From positions 160,001 through 224,000 of the forward strand of contig CAVTHK010000007.1 of assembly GCA_963734495.1 (NCBI GenBank): DNA of 64,000 nucleotides, written 5' to 3'. How positions within the stretch are numbered: the first letter of the stretch is position 1; every line of letters starts with the position of its first letter. The notes under the pieces are model-generated. The model saw nothing but the letters and a program-made list of their open reading frames with translations, did not search any database and was not told where the DNA came from. Origin of the DNA: an uncultured Spirochaetota bacterium. GTDB taxonomy: Bacteria > Spirochaetota > Spirochaetia > SZUA-6 > CAVTHK01. The translations under genes and the position numbers were made by a program. This document shows positions 53,121 to 63,465 of the stretch, piece by piece.

Positions 53121-54173
53121 ATGGAAACAGGCATCATCGGTCTTCCCCTGTCGGGAAAGACGACCCTCTTCAACGCGCTCACGGGCCTTTCCGCCAGGAC
53201 ATCGAGCCACGCGGGCGGCGGCCGCGACGCCAACGTCGCCCTGGTCGACGTGCCCGACGAGCGCGTCGAGCGCCTGTCGCTCATGTTCAAGCCCGAGAAG
53301 ACCACCTTCGCCAGCATCCGCTTCAAGGACCTGCAGGTCGAGTTCACCGACGACGGAGGCATGTCCGCCGCCAGCATCGGCGAGCTGCGCAACGCGGACG
53401 CGATCGCCCTCGCCATCCGCGCGTTCGCGGATGAGGGCGTCCCGCACCCCCAGGAGACTCTCGACTGCCTGCGCGATTTCAGGCGCCTCATGGACACGCT
53501 TGTCTTGAGCGACCTCGACGTCGCCGAGAGGCGCATGGAACGTCTTGTGAAGGAAGGCAGGCGCGGCGACCGCGAGCACGCGCGGCTGGAAAAGCTCTGC
53601 GAGCGGCTGGGCGAGGGCAAGCCGATAGGCGTCGACCTGCTTTCGGCCGACGACCTCAAGCTCTTCTCGGGGTTCGCCTTCCTCACGGCCAAGCCGATCA
53701 TCGTGGTCGCGAACACCGGCGACAAGAGCGTGGACACCGCCGCCCTCCGCGCGGCCGCCGGGCAGCAGGGGCTCGCCTTCTTCGAGATCCAGGGCGCGGC
53801 GGAGATGGAGATCGCCCAGCTCGCGCCCGACGACCAGAAGGAGTTCCTCGCCGCCCTCGGGGCTACGGAGACCGCGCGGGCGCGCTTTCTCCGCACGATC
53901 TACGATGCCCTCGGGCTGATCAGCTTCCTCACCGTCGGCGAGGACGAGGTGCGCGCCTGGAGCGTGCCCCGGGACGGCACCGCCGCGCGGGCGGCCGGGA
54001 AGATCCACACCGATCTCGAGCGCGGGTTCATCCGGGCGGAGGTCGTGTTCTGGCAGGAGCTGGTCGATGCGGGCGGGCTCAAGGAGGCCAAGAGCGCGGG
54101 CAAGCTGCGGCTCGAGGGCCGCGAATACGTCGTCAAGGACGGCGACGTGCTCAATATCCGCGCCAACGTATAG
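53121..54173 (+). CDS. YchF/Obg-like NTPase (DUF933 C-terminus), divergent
   Basis: GLPLSGKTTLFNALT, VPDER, LTAKP, FLTVGEDEVRAW, AGKIHTDLERGFIRAEV, EGREYVVKDGD. Confidence 0.88.
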   Translation: METGIIGLPLSGKTTLFNALTGLSARTSSHAGGGRDANVALVDVPDERVERLSLMFKPEKTTFASIRFKDLQVEFTDDGGMSAASIGELRNADAIALAIRAFADEGVPHPQETLDCLRDFRRLMDTLVLSDLDVAERRMERLVKEGRRGDREHARLEKLCERLGEGKPIGVDLLSADDLKLFSGFAFLTAKPIIVVANTGDKSVDTAALRAAAGQQGLAFFEIQGAAEMEIAQLAPDDQKEFLAALGATETARARFLRTIYDALGLISFLTVGEDEVRAWSVPRDGTAARAAGKIHTDLERGFIRAEVVFWQELVDAGGLKEAKSAGKLRLEGREYVVKDGDVLNIRANV

Positions 54174-54275
54174 GCGGCGCGGCTCGACCGCGCGCGTCGG
54201 CCCGGCGGGCGCCGTCCGCGAAGCAGCGCACAACGGCCTGTCGCAGAATGCGGCAGGCTTCCCAAGGAGGCCCTG

Positions 54276-55037
54276 ATGGTGGAGCTCGAGGCAGCCAGGA
54301 CGGGCAGGAAGGTGTCGGTCGGCCACCGGGGGGCGGCGGGGCACGCGCCCGAAAACACGCTCGCGTCTTTCGAGGCGGCCCTGGCCATGGGAGTCGACGC
54401 CGTGGAGCTCGACGTCCGCCGAAGCCGCGACGGCGAGATCGTCGTGATCCACGACGCATCCGTCGACCGCACCACGGACGGCCACGGCGAGGTCGCGGCG
54501 ATGTCGCTCTTGGAGCTGCGCGCCGTCGATGCGGGCGCGCGCTTCGGCGGGCGGTTCCCCGGCGCGCGCATCCCCACACTGCGCGAAGTGCTCGCGTGGG
54601 CGCGGGGCCGCACCGAGCTCGTCATCGAGATCAAGGGTGACCCGCATCCGCAGCCGGGCATCGAAGAGCAGGTGATCGGTCTCGTGGCCGAGCACGGCAT
54701 GATCGAGCGCGTCATGGCGATCTCGTTCCATCACCCGACGCTCCGGCGCGTGCGGGAGCTCGAGCCGCGCATCGCCACCGGCATGCTCTACACGGGGTTC
54801 TTCGCCGACACGGTGGCGGCCGCGCGGGCGGCGGGCGCCGATTGCGTGCGGCCGGGGTGGCACGACTGGAACGAGGCGCTCGTCCGCAGCGTCCACGCCG
54901 CCGGTCTCGCGGCCGGCGCCTGGACCGTCGACGACGAGGCGGTCATGGAACGGCTGCTCGACATGGGCCTGGATTCGATCACGACCAACTACCCGGACAG
55001 GCTGCGGCGCGTGCTCGACCGCCGGCACCCGCGATAG
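54276..55037 (+). CDS. glpQ: Glycerophosphodiester phosphodiesterase
   Basis: GHRGA..PENT, ELDV..SRDG..VIHD, IEIK, ISF, WTVD, TTNYP. Confidence 0.9.
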   Translation: MVELEAARTGRKVSVGHRGAAGHAPENTLASFEAALAMGVDAVELDVRRSRDGEIVVIHDASVDRTTDGHGEVAAMSLLELRAVDAGARFGGRFPGARIPTLREVLAWARGRTELVIEIKGDPHPQPGIEEQVIGLVAEHGMIERVMAISFHHPTLRRVRELEPRIATGMLYTGFFADTVAAARAAGADCVRPGWHDWNEALVRSVHAAGLAAGAWTVDDEAVMERLLDMGLDSITTNYPDRLRRVLDRRHPR

Positions 55038-55091
55038 GGCGGTCCGGCCCGGGCGCCGTTGCCGGCCTCCCCGCGCCGGCGGGCGGCCGGT

Positions 55092-55733
55092 CTACGGCGC
55101 GGCCATCATGTCCGCGGGGTAGAGAGTGGTGAAGTAGAACTCCTCGTAGGTTCCCGACGCCGCCTCCCGGTAGCAGGTGGTCACGTCGATCGAGACGTCG
55201 TCCCAGGCGGATACGATGTCGGCGGGGACCTTTGAGATGTCGATCCGGCACTCGACGGAGAAGCTGGAATTGACGAGCTCTCCCGCTTCGACGGCCTTGC
55301 CGTCGCGCGACCAGATGGCGACAAAGCCGCCGCCCTTGCGCCGGGCGGGCAGCAGCTCCAGCGTGTAGCGGTTGACCTCGCCGGGCTTCCGGCCGACATA
55401 GACGTAGCCGAAGATCGAGACCTCGGGCGCGAGGTTGGTCTCGGTCCCGACGTAGATGTAGAGGCTCGCCGCCTTCGATGCATCCCCTTGATCTCGCGGA
55501 TCTGGGTTCCGCCGCGGTTCCAGTACAGGGAGCGGTCGACCGTGAGCGTCTCGCGCTTGCCCGGCGTCTCGCGGCTGAAGTAGTAGGGACTGTAGCTGCT
55601 CCGCGAAGCGCGCGACCGCAGGCACGTCCTGCCAGTCGAAGTAGCTGTTGTCGATCGCGATGCCGGGATTGGCCGCGGCCACGGCCGCGGCGAGGACGGC
55701 CAGGCACGGAAGAACGATCGCTCTCGTGAGCAT
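55092..55733 (-). CDS. Hypothetical exported protein (compensating frameshifts near 55600 and 55480)
   Basis: AAGGAGG RBS, signal peptide MLTRAIVLPCLAVLAAAVAAA, beta-rich body. Confidence 0.7.
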   Translation of the reverse strand: MLTRAIVLPCLAVLAAAVAAANPGIAIDNSYFDWQDVPAVARFAEQLQSLLLQPRDAGQARDAHGRPLPVLEPRRNPDPRDQGDASKAASLYIYVGTETNLAPEVSIFGYVYVGRKPGEVNRYTLELLPARRKGGGFVAIWSRDGKAVEAGELVNSSFSVECRIDISKVPADIVSAWDDVSIDVTTCYREAASGTYEEFYFTTLYPADMMAAP

Positions 55734-55743
55734 GGGGGCCTCC

Positions 55744-55823
55744 TTGCCCATGGGGTCCCGCCCCATGGGCTTGCCCGCGGAGTCCGCTCCGCGGGCTTAC
55801 CCGCGGAGTCCGCTCCGCGGGAC
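55744..55823 (-). repeat. Three tandem 26-27-nt palindromic units (hairpin array)
   Basis: CCCGCGGAG-CGGA-CTCCGCGGG twice and CCCATGGGG-CGGGA-CCCCATGGG once, separated by TAAG/CAAG. Confidence 0.9.
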
Positions 55824-55824
55824 G

Positions 55825-58800
55825 CTATTTTCTCCTGATGGCGAGGATCGTCAGGTCGTCGTACTGCGAGTCCTCCCTGACGTGCGAGTAGAGCGCGTGA
55901 TCGCTGTCGGCGGCGCCTGCCACCGGGTGGCCGAAATACAGGCTGTACTGCCGGAAGTGCTCCTTGAGAAAGGCGTCGATCTTGCGGTCCACGTAGATGA
56001 CGTCCGAGGGGCCGGCCGAGGGATCCAGGTACAGGCGGAACACCTTTTCCACGGCGATCAGGGCGAGCACCGCCTCCTCGACGCTGCCGCGGCAGGACGC
56101 GAAGTCGAACTCGTACTTCTCGTCCGGCGTCGGGTCGTGGAGCCTCCGCAGCTCGTAGGTGCCGCGGCCGAAGACCGCGGAGACGATGCGATGCGCGCGG
56201 GAGATGCCGAGCTGCTCGAACCGGGCTGCCCTTTGGCAGGGTGACTCTCTCGGCCGTCCTCTTCGACCTGTTCGTCCTGCTCGAGCTCGAACTGCCGGAA
56301 CTCGGTGTCACGGAAGAGGCGCTGCGCCTCCTCGATGCCGTCCGTCATGAGGAACAGGGTGTCTCCCGGCTCCAGCTTTTCCGTGGTGGGCACGTACCCG
56401 GACTTCGTCTCCAGCAGGACGGACGGAAAGACGCCGGCGGCGGGCGGATTCGGGTGCTTCTTGAGCACCATCCGCTTCTCGCGGGCCGAGTAGATGTGCA
56501 CGATGTTGTCGCCGGCGTTGACCATGACGCAGACCCCGGTGCGGATGTTCACGAGCGCCACCATGAGCGTGGCGAACCGGCCCTTGAACCCGCGCTCCTC
56601 GAGCATGTCGTTGACCTCGTAGGCGAACCGGTCGATGCGCAGCCCGGGCTCTGCAGGGTCCAGTGCTTGAAGTAGGTCTGGAAGATGGTTGCCACCTCGA
56701 TCATGATGAGGGCCGCGGACACACCCTTGCCGGACACGTCGACCTTGATGAGCGCGTAGTGCTGCTCGTCGAGCCGCTTGTAGTCGAAGTAGTCCCCCGA
56801 CACGTCTTTCGCGCCCTCGTAGTAGCCGAAGATCTCGACCGCCTCATTCGACTCCTGCGCCGGTCGCCCCTTTCCGGCCGGTCGCGTCTACGGTGAGCGG
56901 CAGGAACATCTTCTGTATGTCCTTGCCGAGCTTGAGCTCGTGGTCCGCGATCGCGGCTTTCACGAGCCCCTGCGTCATCTCGTTGATGGTGTCGGCAAGG
57001 AGGCGGATCTCGTCCTTCTGGCGGATCTCGATCCTGTGGTCCTTCAGGTCCTCCTTGTTCTCGGTGTCGCGGATCGTGGCCACGCCCTGGGCGAGCCTGC
57101 GGATGGGGCCGATCGTGATCGAGGCCAGGATCAGCGCGCCGATGGCCCCCAGGCCTATGGCGCCGAGCGCGATGAGGCCGATGGTCCCGATCAGGTTCCG
57201 CGTCGTATCCTCGATCTCTTTCAGGATGGCGGTCGCGGAGACCGACAGACGGACGAGACCGCGGAAATAAATGTCCGAGCCGCGGACGCGGAAGACGATC
57301 GGCTGGTAGAACACGTACCGGCTCTCGAGCTGGTCGTACCGGAATTCCGGCAGGCTGCCCACTTCGCCGGCGATGACGCGCAGCTGGCGGTTGATCCGGC
57401 TTTCGAGGCCGGCGGCCGACTTCCCGATCTGCTCCTTCTGGGCCCTGGAGGCGGCGTCCACGCCGGTCACCGCGTCGAGGTCCTTGAGCTGTTTCTCCAG
57501 CTCCTGCACCAGGCTGCCCACCTCCGCCTCCGCCCGACTCTGCACCTTCGCCCTCACGTCCGGGAGGGCGGCAGACACCTCGTCCTTGAGCACGGAAAGG
57601 CCGGGCTGGAGCTCTCCGCCGCCGATCTTGGCGCCGATGTCCTTGTCGTTGCTCGCCCAGGCGTACTCCTCGCCGGCGCCGGGCCGGTCGGAGCCGCGGG
57701 GCGTGATGCCCGTGATCGTGGCGAACTCCGCCTCGCGCATGGCCGTGATCTGGTTGGTGAGGTTGTCGAGGGACAAGGGGTCCTGGTCGAGGATGAACGG
57801 CCCCGCCGCGGCCGAGATGCTGCCCAGAAGCACATGGGCTCGCTGTTCCAGCCCCTGGGCGAGGTTCCGGGTCTGGGTGCGGACCATGCCGACCGAGAGG
57901 GGCACGGAGATCATCAGGACGACCAGGATGACGAGCACCACGATCAGGAGCGTGAACTTCACCCTGAGGCTCATACCCCTGCTCTTGAGCTCTCTCATGA
58001 GTTTTTCCTTTCCCACAGCGGCGCCGGAGACGACCGCGAAGACCTGCTCTCTCAGCTCGCGCGCCTCGCGCGCGACCGTGACGACGCGGCCCGCGGAGGC
58101 GACGATGGCGAACGCCAGGAACGCCATGAGCAGCCACACGAGGAGCCGGCCGGCCGACAGTGTGAAGGCCGGCCGGGTGCCCGCTTCCCAGGGCGTCGTG
58201 TAGGAGGCGGCGGCGAAGTCGCCGAGCTTCACGGTGCCGAAAGCGTCGAGGGTGATCAGCGGCGGCGTGAGGGTCAGTCCGCGGCGCGAGTGCACGACGC
58301 CGACGCGGTAGGAGCCTTCGTCGTAGTTCGTGAGGGTGATCCCCTCGATGAGCCCGTTGTTGACGATGCGGAACTGGTCAGGCCCCCAGGTCTGATCCAT
58401 GGGCGCCTTGCCGTCGCGGTCCATCACGACCTGGACGACGCGCCCGTCCTCGGTAAAGCCCCGGCCGCGGATCGAAAGCGATACCCTGCCAAGCTCGTCC
58501 TTGGACCAGTCCACCGAGCTGATCAGCGTGACGGGCACGTACTTGTTCAGCCTGAGGTACTCGATGGCCGGCTCGCTCGACGTTTCCCGCCAGGTCGACG
58601 GCCGCGACCGAGAACATCCACAGGCCGTTGTCCAGGTTGTCGTAGCCCCGGGCGGTGGTCTGCGTGCGGACCTGCGGGGCGAGCGCCGCGGCCGGAGGAG
58701 TCCGCGGCTCGCCGGCCCCCGGATCGGCGGAGAGCCTGATCATCTCGTAGGCGTACCCGGACAGCGGCTTCGCATCGCCCGCCTTCCACTGGACCCGCGG

Positions 58801-60387
58801 GCTGTTGGAGACGAGGAAGCCTCGCGCGTCCGTCCGCGGCGCGTCCAGCGCCACCCTGGCCGGCAGCTTGGTGTCGCGGTCGTACGCCACGGTCACGGGC
58901 GTCGACCAGTTGCCGGCGAAATCGAGGGCGGCCACGCTGAAGTACCACTTGCCGTCCTCGTCGGCATTCAGAGTTGCCCGCGTCGTGGTGACCGGCGCCA
59001 TCAGGCGCTTCGCCGGCACGGCCGCCGGATCCTGCGACCAGGACCACGCGAACCCCGAAATGCCCGAGGAGTCCGCCGGTACGGTCCACGCGAGCGTGAC
59101 GCGGCTCGCCCGCGCGGGCAGCCCCGGCGTGAACCCCTGCGCAAAGACCCGCGGCGGGTTCACGCTCTGGTCGGGGCCCCCCCGAACCAGCCTCGACACG
59201 CCGTCCGCCTGGTTCTCCCAGAGGACGGCCATCCCGCTCCCGCTCTGAACGAACCATGGGTAGATCGAATTGCCCCCGAGGCGGCCCGAAAGGTCCCGCT
59301 CGCGCCAGAGATCGCCGTCGCGCTCGGCGACGAATATGTGGTTCTCGCCGCGGCGGTTGTCGAACCACATGACGTAGAGGGCCCCGCGGAACTCGAAGAT
59401 CCGGGGAAAGAGGCACTCGTACGCGTTCTCGGTGATGCGCACGTAGGGCTGGCCGGACCGCACGGCGGATGCCGGCCGCAGAGGCACGCCCGCGGGCGAG
59501 ATCTCCATGTAGTAGATCTGCTTGGAGCCGGACGCCTGGCGGCGCTCCCACACCAGCGCGAGCCGGTCCTGCAGGGCCGCAAGATGCGGGCGCTGATTGT
59601 CGAAAAGCTCGGGGGCCAGATCGCTGCCCGCCACCCTCTCGGAAGCGGTCGTGAGGGGGATCGCAGGCTGCGTGAACCGGCCTGACGTGTCGCTCGCCCT
59701 CAGCCACAGCTGGAAGTTCGACTCCGCCTGAGAGTTGTCCTGCGACTGGTAGACCACGTAGTCGCGGCCGCCGAGGCTCGCGTGGCTGGGCAGGAAGCTG
59801 AACACGAGGTTCTGCTCCGCGGCGACCGGCTGCAGGGGGCGCCGCAGCGTGCCGCCTTCCGCCAGCGTGGATGCGTCGAGGGCGACGTAGTAGATGCCGA
59901 GAGAGCTCTGCTCCCGGGCGTCGTAGGCGACGAAGAGCAGGAGCGTCCCGTCCGCGCGCAGCGAAAGCCGCGGCGCCACGGTCGTGACCGGCGCCTGGAC
60001 GATCGTCGAAACGAAGGTCGCTCCCTCGTCGGCCGAGTACATCACGGTCGTCTGCCGGTCCGTGGATGCGATCGCGACGTACAGCCGGGCCTGATTGTCG
60101 ACAGCGAGGTAGAACAGCGACGCCTGGTCGCCCTGGTAGGGGAAGGGACCCGCGACGCGGCGCCGCTCCGTCCAGCTTGCCAGGTCGCGGCTGGTGCGCA
60201 GCGACAGCCATACGCGGTTGCCCGCGAACTCCTGCCAGACGACGGCCACGAGCCCGCCGCCGGAGGCGGCCTGGGGGAAGCGCGCACCCTCGGCCACGAG
60301 GACCCGCGGCTCGTCCCAGTAGAGGGCCTGGGCCGAGAGGTGAGCCGCTCCCAGAAGCAGGGCGAAAGCCGCGAGGAGGCGTCTCAT
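55825..60387 (-). CDS. About 1520-aa membrane PP2C/SpoIIE phosphatase with large periplasmic domains and HAMP; several frameshifts
   Basis: Signal peptide, Asp-box YSADEGATF, Ig-like DFAGNW repeats, 3 TM helices, HAMP (DEIRLL..INEM), PP2C motifs VSGDYFD, DVSGKG, TDGIEE, DDLT. Confidence 0.85.
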
Positions 60388-63342
60388 CTGTAGCCCCTCC
60401 TTGCCAGCTTGTCCCTGAGGTCGAGCAGCGGAGGATAGTTCCCGTTGGCAGGCTTCTGCAGAAGCCGTTTGACGATGTCGTTCGCAGCCGGATAGTTGTT
60501 CTCCGCGAAGAGCTTCTCCGCGGCCCGGAACTCCCTCAGATCGTCGCTCGAGATGATGTCCTGGCGGGCGCCGCCGGTGTCGATCAGGATGCGGTCCTTG
60601 AGGAGCGCCGCGTCGCGGTTTTCCGGGTACAACGCGATCGCCTGGTCGAGGAGCCTGACCGCCTGCCCGTAGAGGTCGCGCTGCCGCGCGTCGTAGATGC
60701 GCTGCGCCTCCGCGTACCGCGCGCGGGAATCGGCGATCTTGGCCGGGTCGGGCGGGGCGGGCCTGCGGCCCAGGAGGACCTCGATGCGCTCGACGGTTGC
60801 GGAGAGCTCGCGGTCGTTCGTCACGATCTGCGCAAAATCGCTCAGGTCGCTGTAGCTGTCGGTCAGCGCCTTGGCGTTGCCGCTGTTGATCGCGTTCCTG
60901 GCTGCCCTCATGGCGTCGGAAAGCCTGCGGGCAAAATCGGCGGGCTCGAGCTTCTGCGTGATCTTGAGCCGCAGGAAGTTGGCGCTCTTGAGCTTGGGCG
61001 CGATGACATTGAGGGTGATGAGCTTCTGCTGGGCGGCCGCAAAGGCGAGCTGCGCCGCCTGCGGCTGTTTCTGAGCCTCCAGCGCTTCGCCCTGCGCAAA
61101 GGAGTCGCTCGCGAACTTCAGGAGCTGGACGATCTCCGTGTACCGCGGCTGGGTCTCGGCGAGCTCCCACCCTTCCTGCGTGGAGAGCGCGCGCCGCACC
61201 AGCGCGAGCCAGTTCTCGATCTCGACGTTTGCCTCCGTGTTCGCGTCTTTCCAGCGGGCCTGCGCGTTGACCAGCAGTTGCTCGGCGTTCTTGAACTCCG
61301 TCCGGCGGTAGGCCGCGATGGCGGCCTCGATGAGCCGCCTCACTTCGCCGACGACCCTGTTGTTCTCGCCCTTGTTGATCTCGGCGAGCAGGGCGGGGAG
61401 CGCGCGATCGCGGAGGTCCCTGACCACGGGGTCCTCCTGGACCTCCAGGGAGCGGTCGTAGGCCTCCGCGGCCTTCGCGACGGAATCGCGCGCCTGGCCG
61501 TACTGCCCCTGTCCGAGCGCGGTCTGGGCGGCCCTGTACTGGTTGTCGCCCTGGCGCTTGTAGCTGTCTCCCGCGACGGCGCGCGCAGTGGCGTCGGCGA
61601 TCACCTTGTCGAGCCGCTCGGTCAGCGCATCCGAGCGCGTACGCAGGCCCTGAACGGCGCTGAGCGACGCCGTCACGGTCGGCGCGGCCGGTCCGAACTG
61701 CGCCGGGTCCAGTCCGCTCTGCACGACGCCCCCGATCCGCGTCGCGAGCTCTCCTGCCCGGTCGCGCAGGGTCGTGAACCGGGCGAGGCTCTCGGCTCGG
61801 GTGGTAGACCGTCCGCACGGTGCCGTCGGCCAGCGTCACCCGATCGCCGTCCCGGTACGCCTGCTCCTCGACCGCGGTCTGCTTTTCGAGCGCCGCGAGC
61901 GGCGGCTCGAGCACGCCGTAGGCCGCTTCGCGCCACTCCCGCAGCGCGCCCGCCGCGGCGACGAGCACGTCGTTGCCGCGCGGCGCCAGGGCCGGCGAGG
62001 CGGCCTGCAGGCCCGTCATGTAGCGGCTCCAGTCGGAAACCACCCCTTCGACAGCCGCGATGGGAGCAGCCAGGCGAGCCGGGTCCCAGCCCGTTGCCGT
62101 GCGCGCGGGGACGGCGTCCAGCTGCGCGCCGGCCAGCGCCGCGTAGGCGGCCTGCTCCCGGAACAGATGCTGAGCCTCCAGGAAGCCCGGGAGGTCCGGT
62201 TGCAGCACGAGCGCGCCGGCCTTTGCCGGGTCGTAGCCCGGCGGAAGGCTCCTGCCGGCTTCGCTCAAGTAGGCGAACTCGATCAGGGCGCGCGAGAACG
62301 GCTCGAGCGTCGCGAACCCCTCGCGCGCGGCCCGCCAGTCCCCCGCCCGGAAGCTCGCCACGGCCTTGGGCCTGAGGCTGTCGACGGCCTGGCGCAGCGC
62401 GCCCGCGACCTCCTGCCCGCTCTTCCGCATCCCCGCCGTCACGACTCGCTCGATGCCCTCGTCCGCCTCGCGTCCCTGTCGGCCGGTGATCGCCTTCTCG
62501 GAATAGTAGAGGAAGTACGAGATCGCGTCTCCCGCTCCGGTAAGCGCCTGCCGCTGCCGGGCCAGCGTCTGCGCGGCCCGGTCCGCGGTCGTCACGAGCT
62601 CGGCCATCCGGTCCAGGCGTCCCTTCTGCAGGGCGAGGAACCGCTGCAGATCCTGGCCGCCCTGGCTGACCGAAGCGGCGAGCGCCTTGTTGTCCTGCGT
62701 AAAGGCGGCGGACAGATCCAGGAACGTCGCGGCCGCGCTGCGGACCGAGTCCAGCGCGGCGCTCACGGAGTCCTTGGCCACGTTGCCGAGAGGAGAGGCG
62801 ATGAACTCCGCCCGGTGAAGCTCGAAGGCGCCGAGGTACGTGCGCATCGCCTCGGGAAGCTCGCCCCTGCGGAGCATCGCCAGCGCCTCGTCCATCAGCC
62901 TGTCGAAGCGGATGCGGTTGGCCTGGCCGAGCGCGGCGCGCTTGGCTTCGGCGATCGCGTCGCGCGTCGCTTTGTTCGGGTTCGGGTCGAGCGCCTCGAG
63001 CTCGGCGATGATCTTGAGCGCCTTCTCGACGTCCCGGTCATCGTAGAGGACCTTGACCAGCTCCTCGTAGCGGTTGTTGAATCCGTTCTGGATCTTGCGG
63101 ATCCGGTCGACGAGAGTCTGCGCCGCGTCGAAGAGATTGGGGTCACGGCGGATGACGTCGGCGAGGACGCGGATGGCCGCGTCGTACTGCTGTCGTTTGA
63201 CCATCTCTTCGGCGCGCGCAAGATCATCCTCGGGCCTGCCGCGGGCATACAGGCACGGCTCGAGCGAGAGGAACGCGAGGGTGAGAAGTGCCCAAAACAG
63301 GCGTCGACGTCCCAGAGTCTGACTCCAATCCGAGTCTATCAT
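60384..63342 (-). CDS. About 980-aa exported all-helical TPR/coiled-coil protein; frameshift near 61790; start uncertain
   Basis: Signal region ending LYARG; TPR-like helices; stop overlaps the phosphatase start (ATGA). Confidence 0.75.
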
Positions 63343-63465
63343 TGTTATCGGCGAAAGTACGGTCGATTGGACCAGCCCCGGCGCGCGCGGCCTCATGCCG
63401 AGGGGCGCATGAGCCGACACTGTCTTTGAAGTCTCTGTGCCGGGGAGATATACTCTAGCTTTGCG

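Noticed and set aside
55744-55823. Mini CRISPR array
   Set aside because: The units are nearly contiguous with only 4-nt linkers, there are no unique spacers, and there are no cas genes.
58378-63420. A single 1680-aa ORF as given in the ORF track
   Set aside because: It is a chimera. A frameshift near 61790 joins the helical protein's N-terminus, through an off-frame stretch, to the phosphatase N-terminus, which has its own start and signal peptide at 60387.
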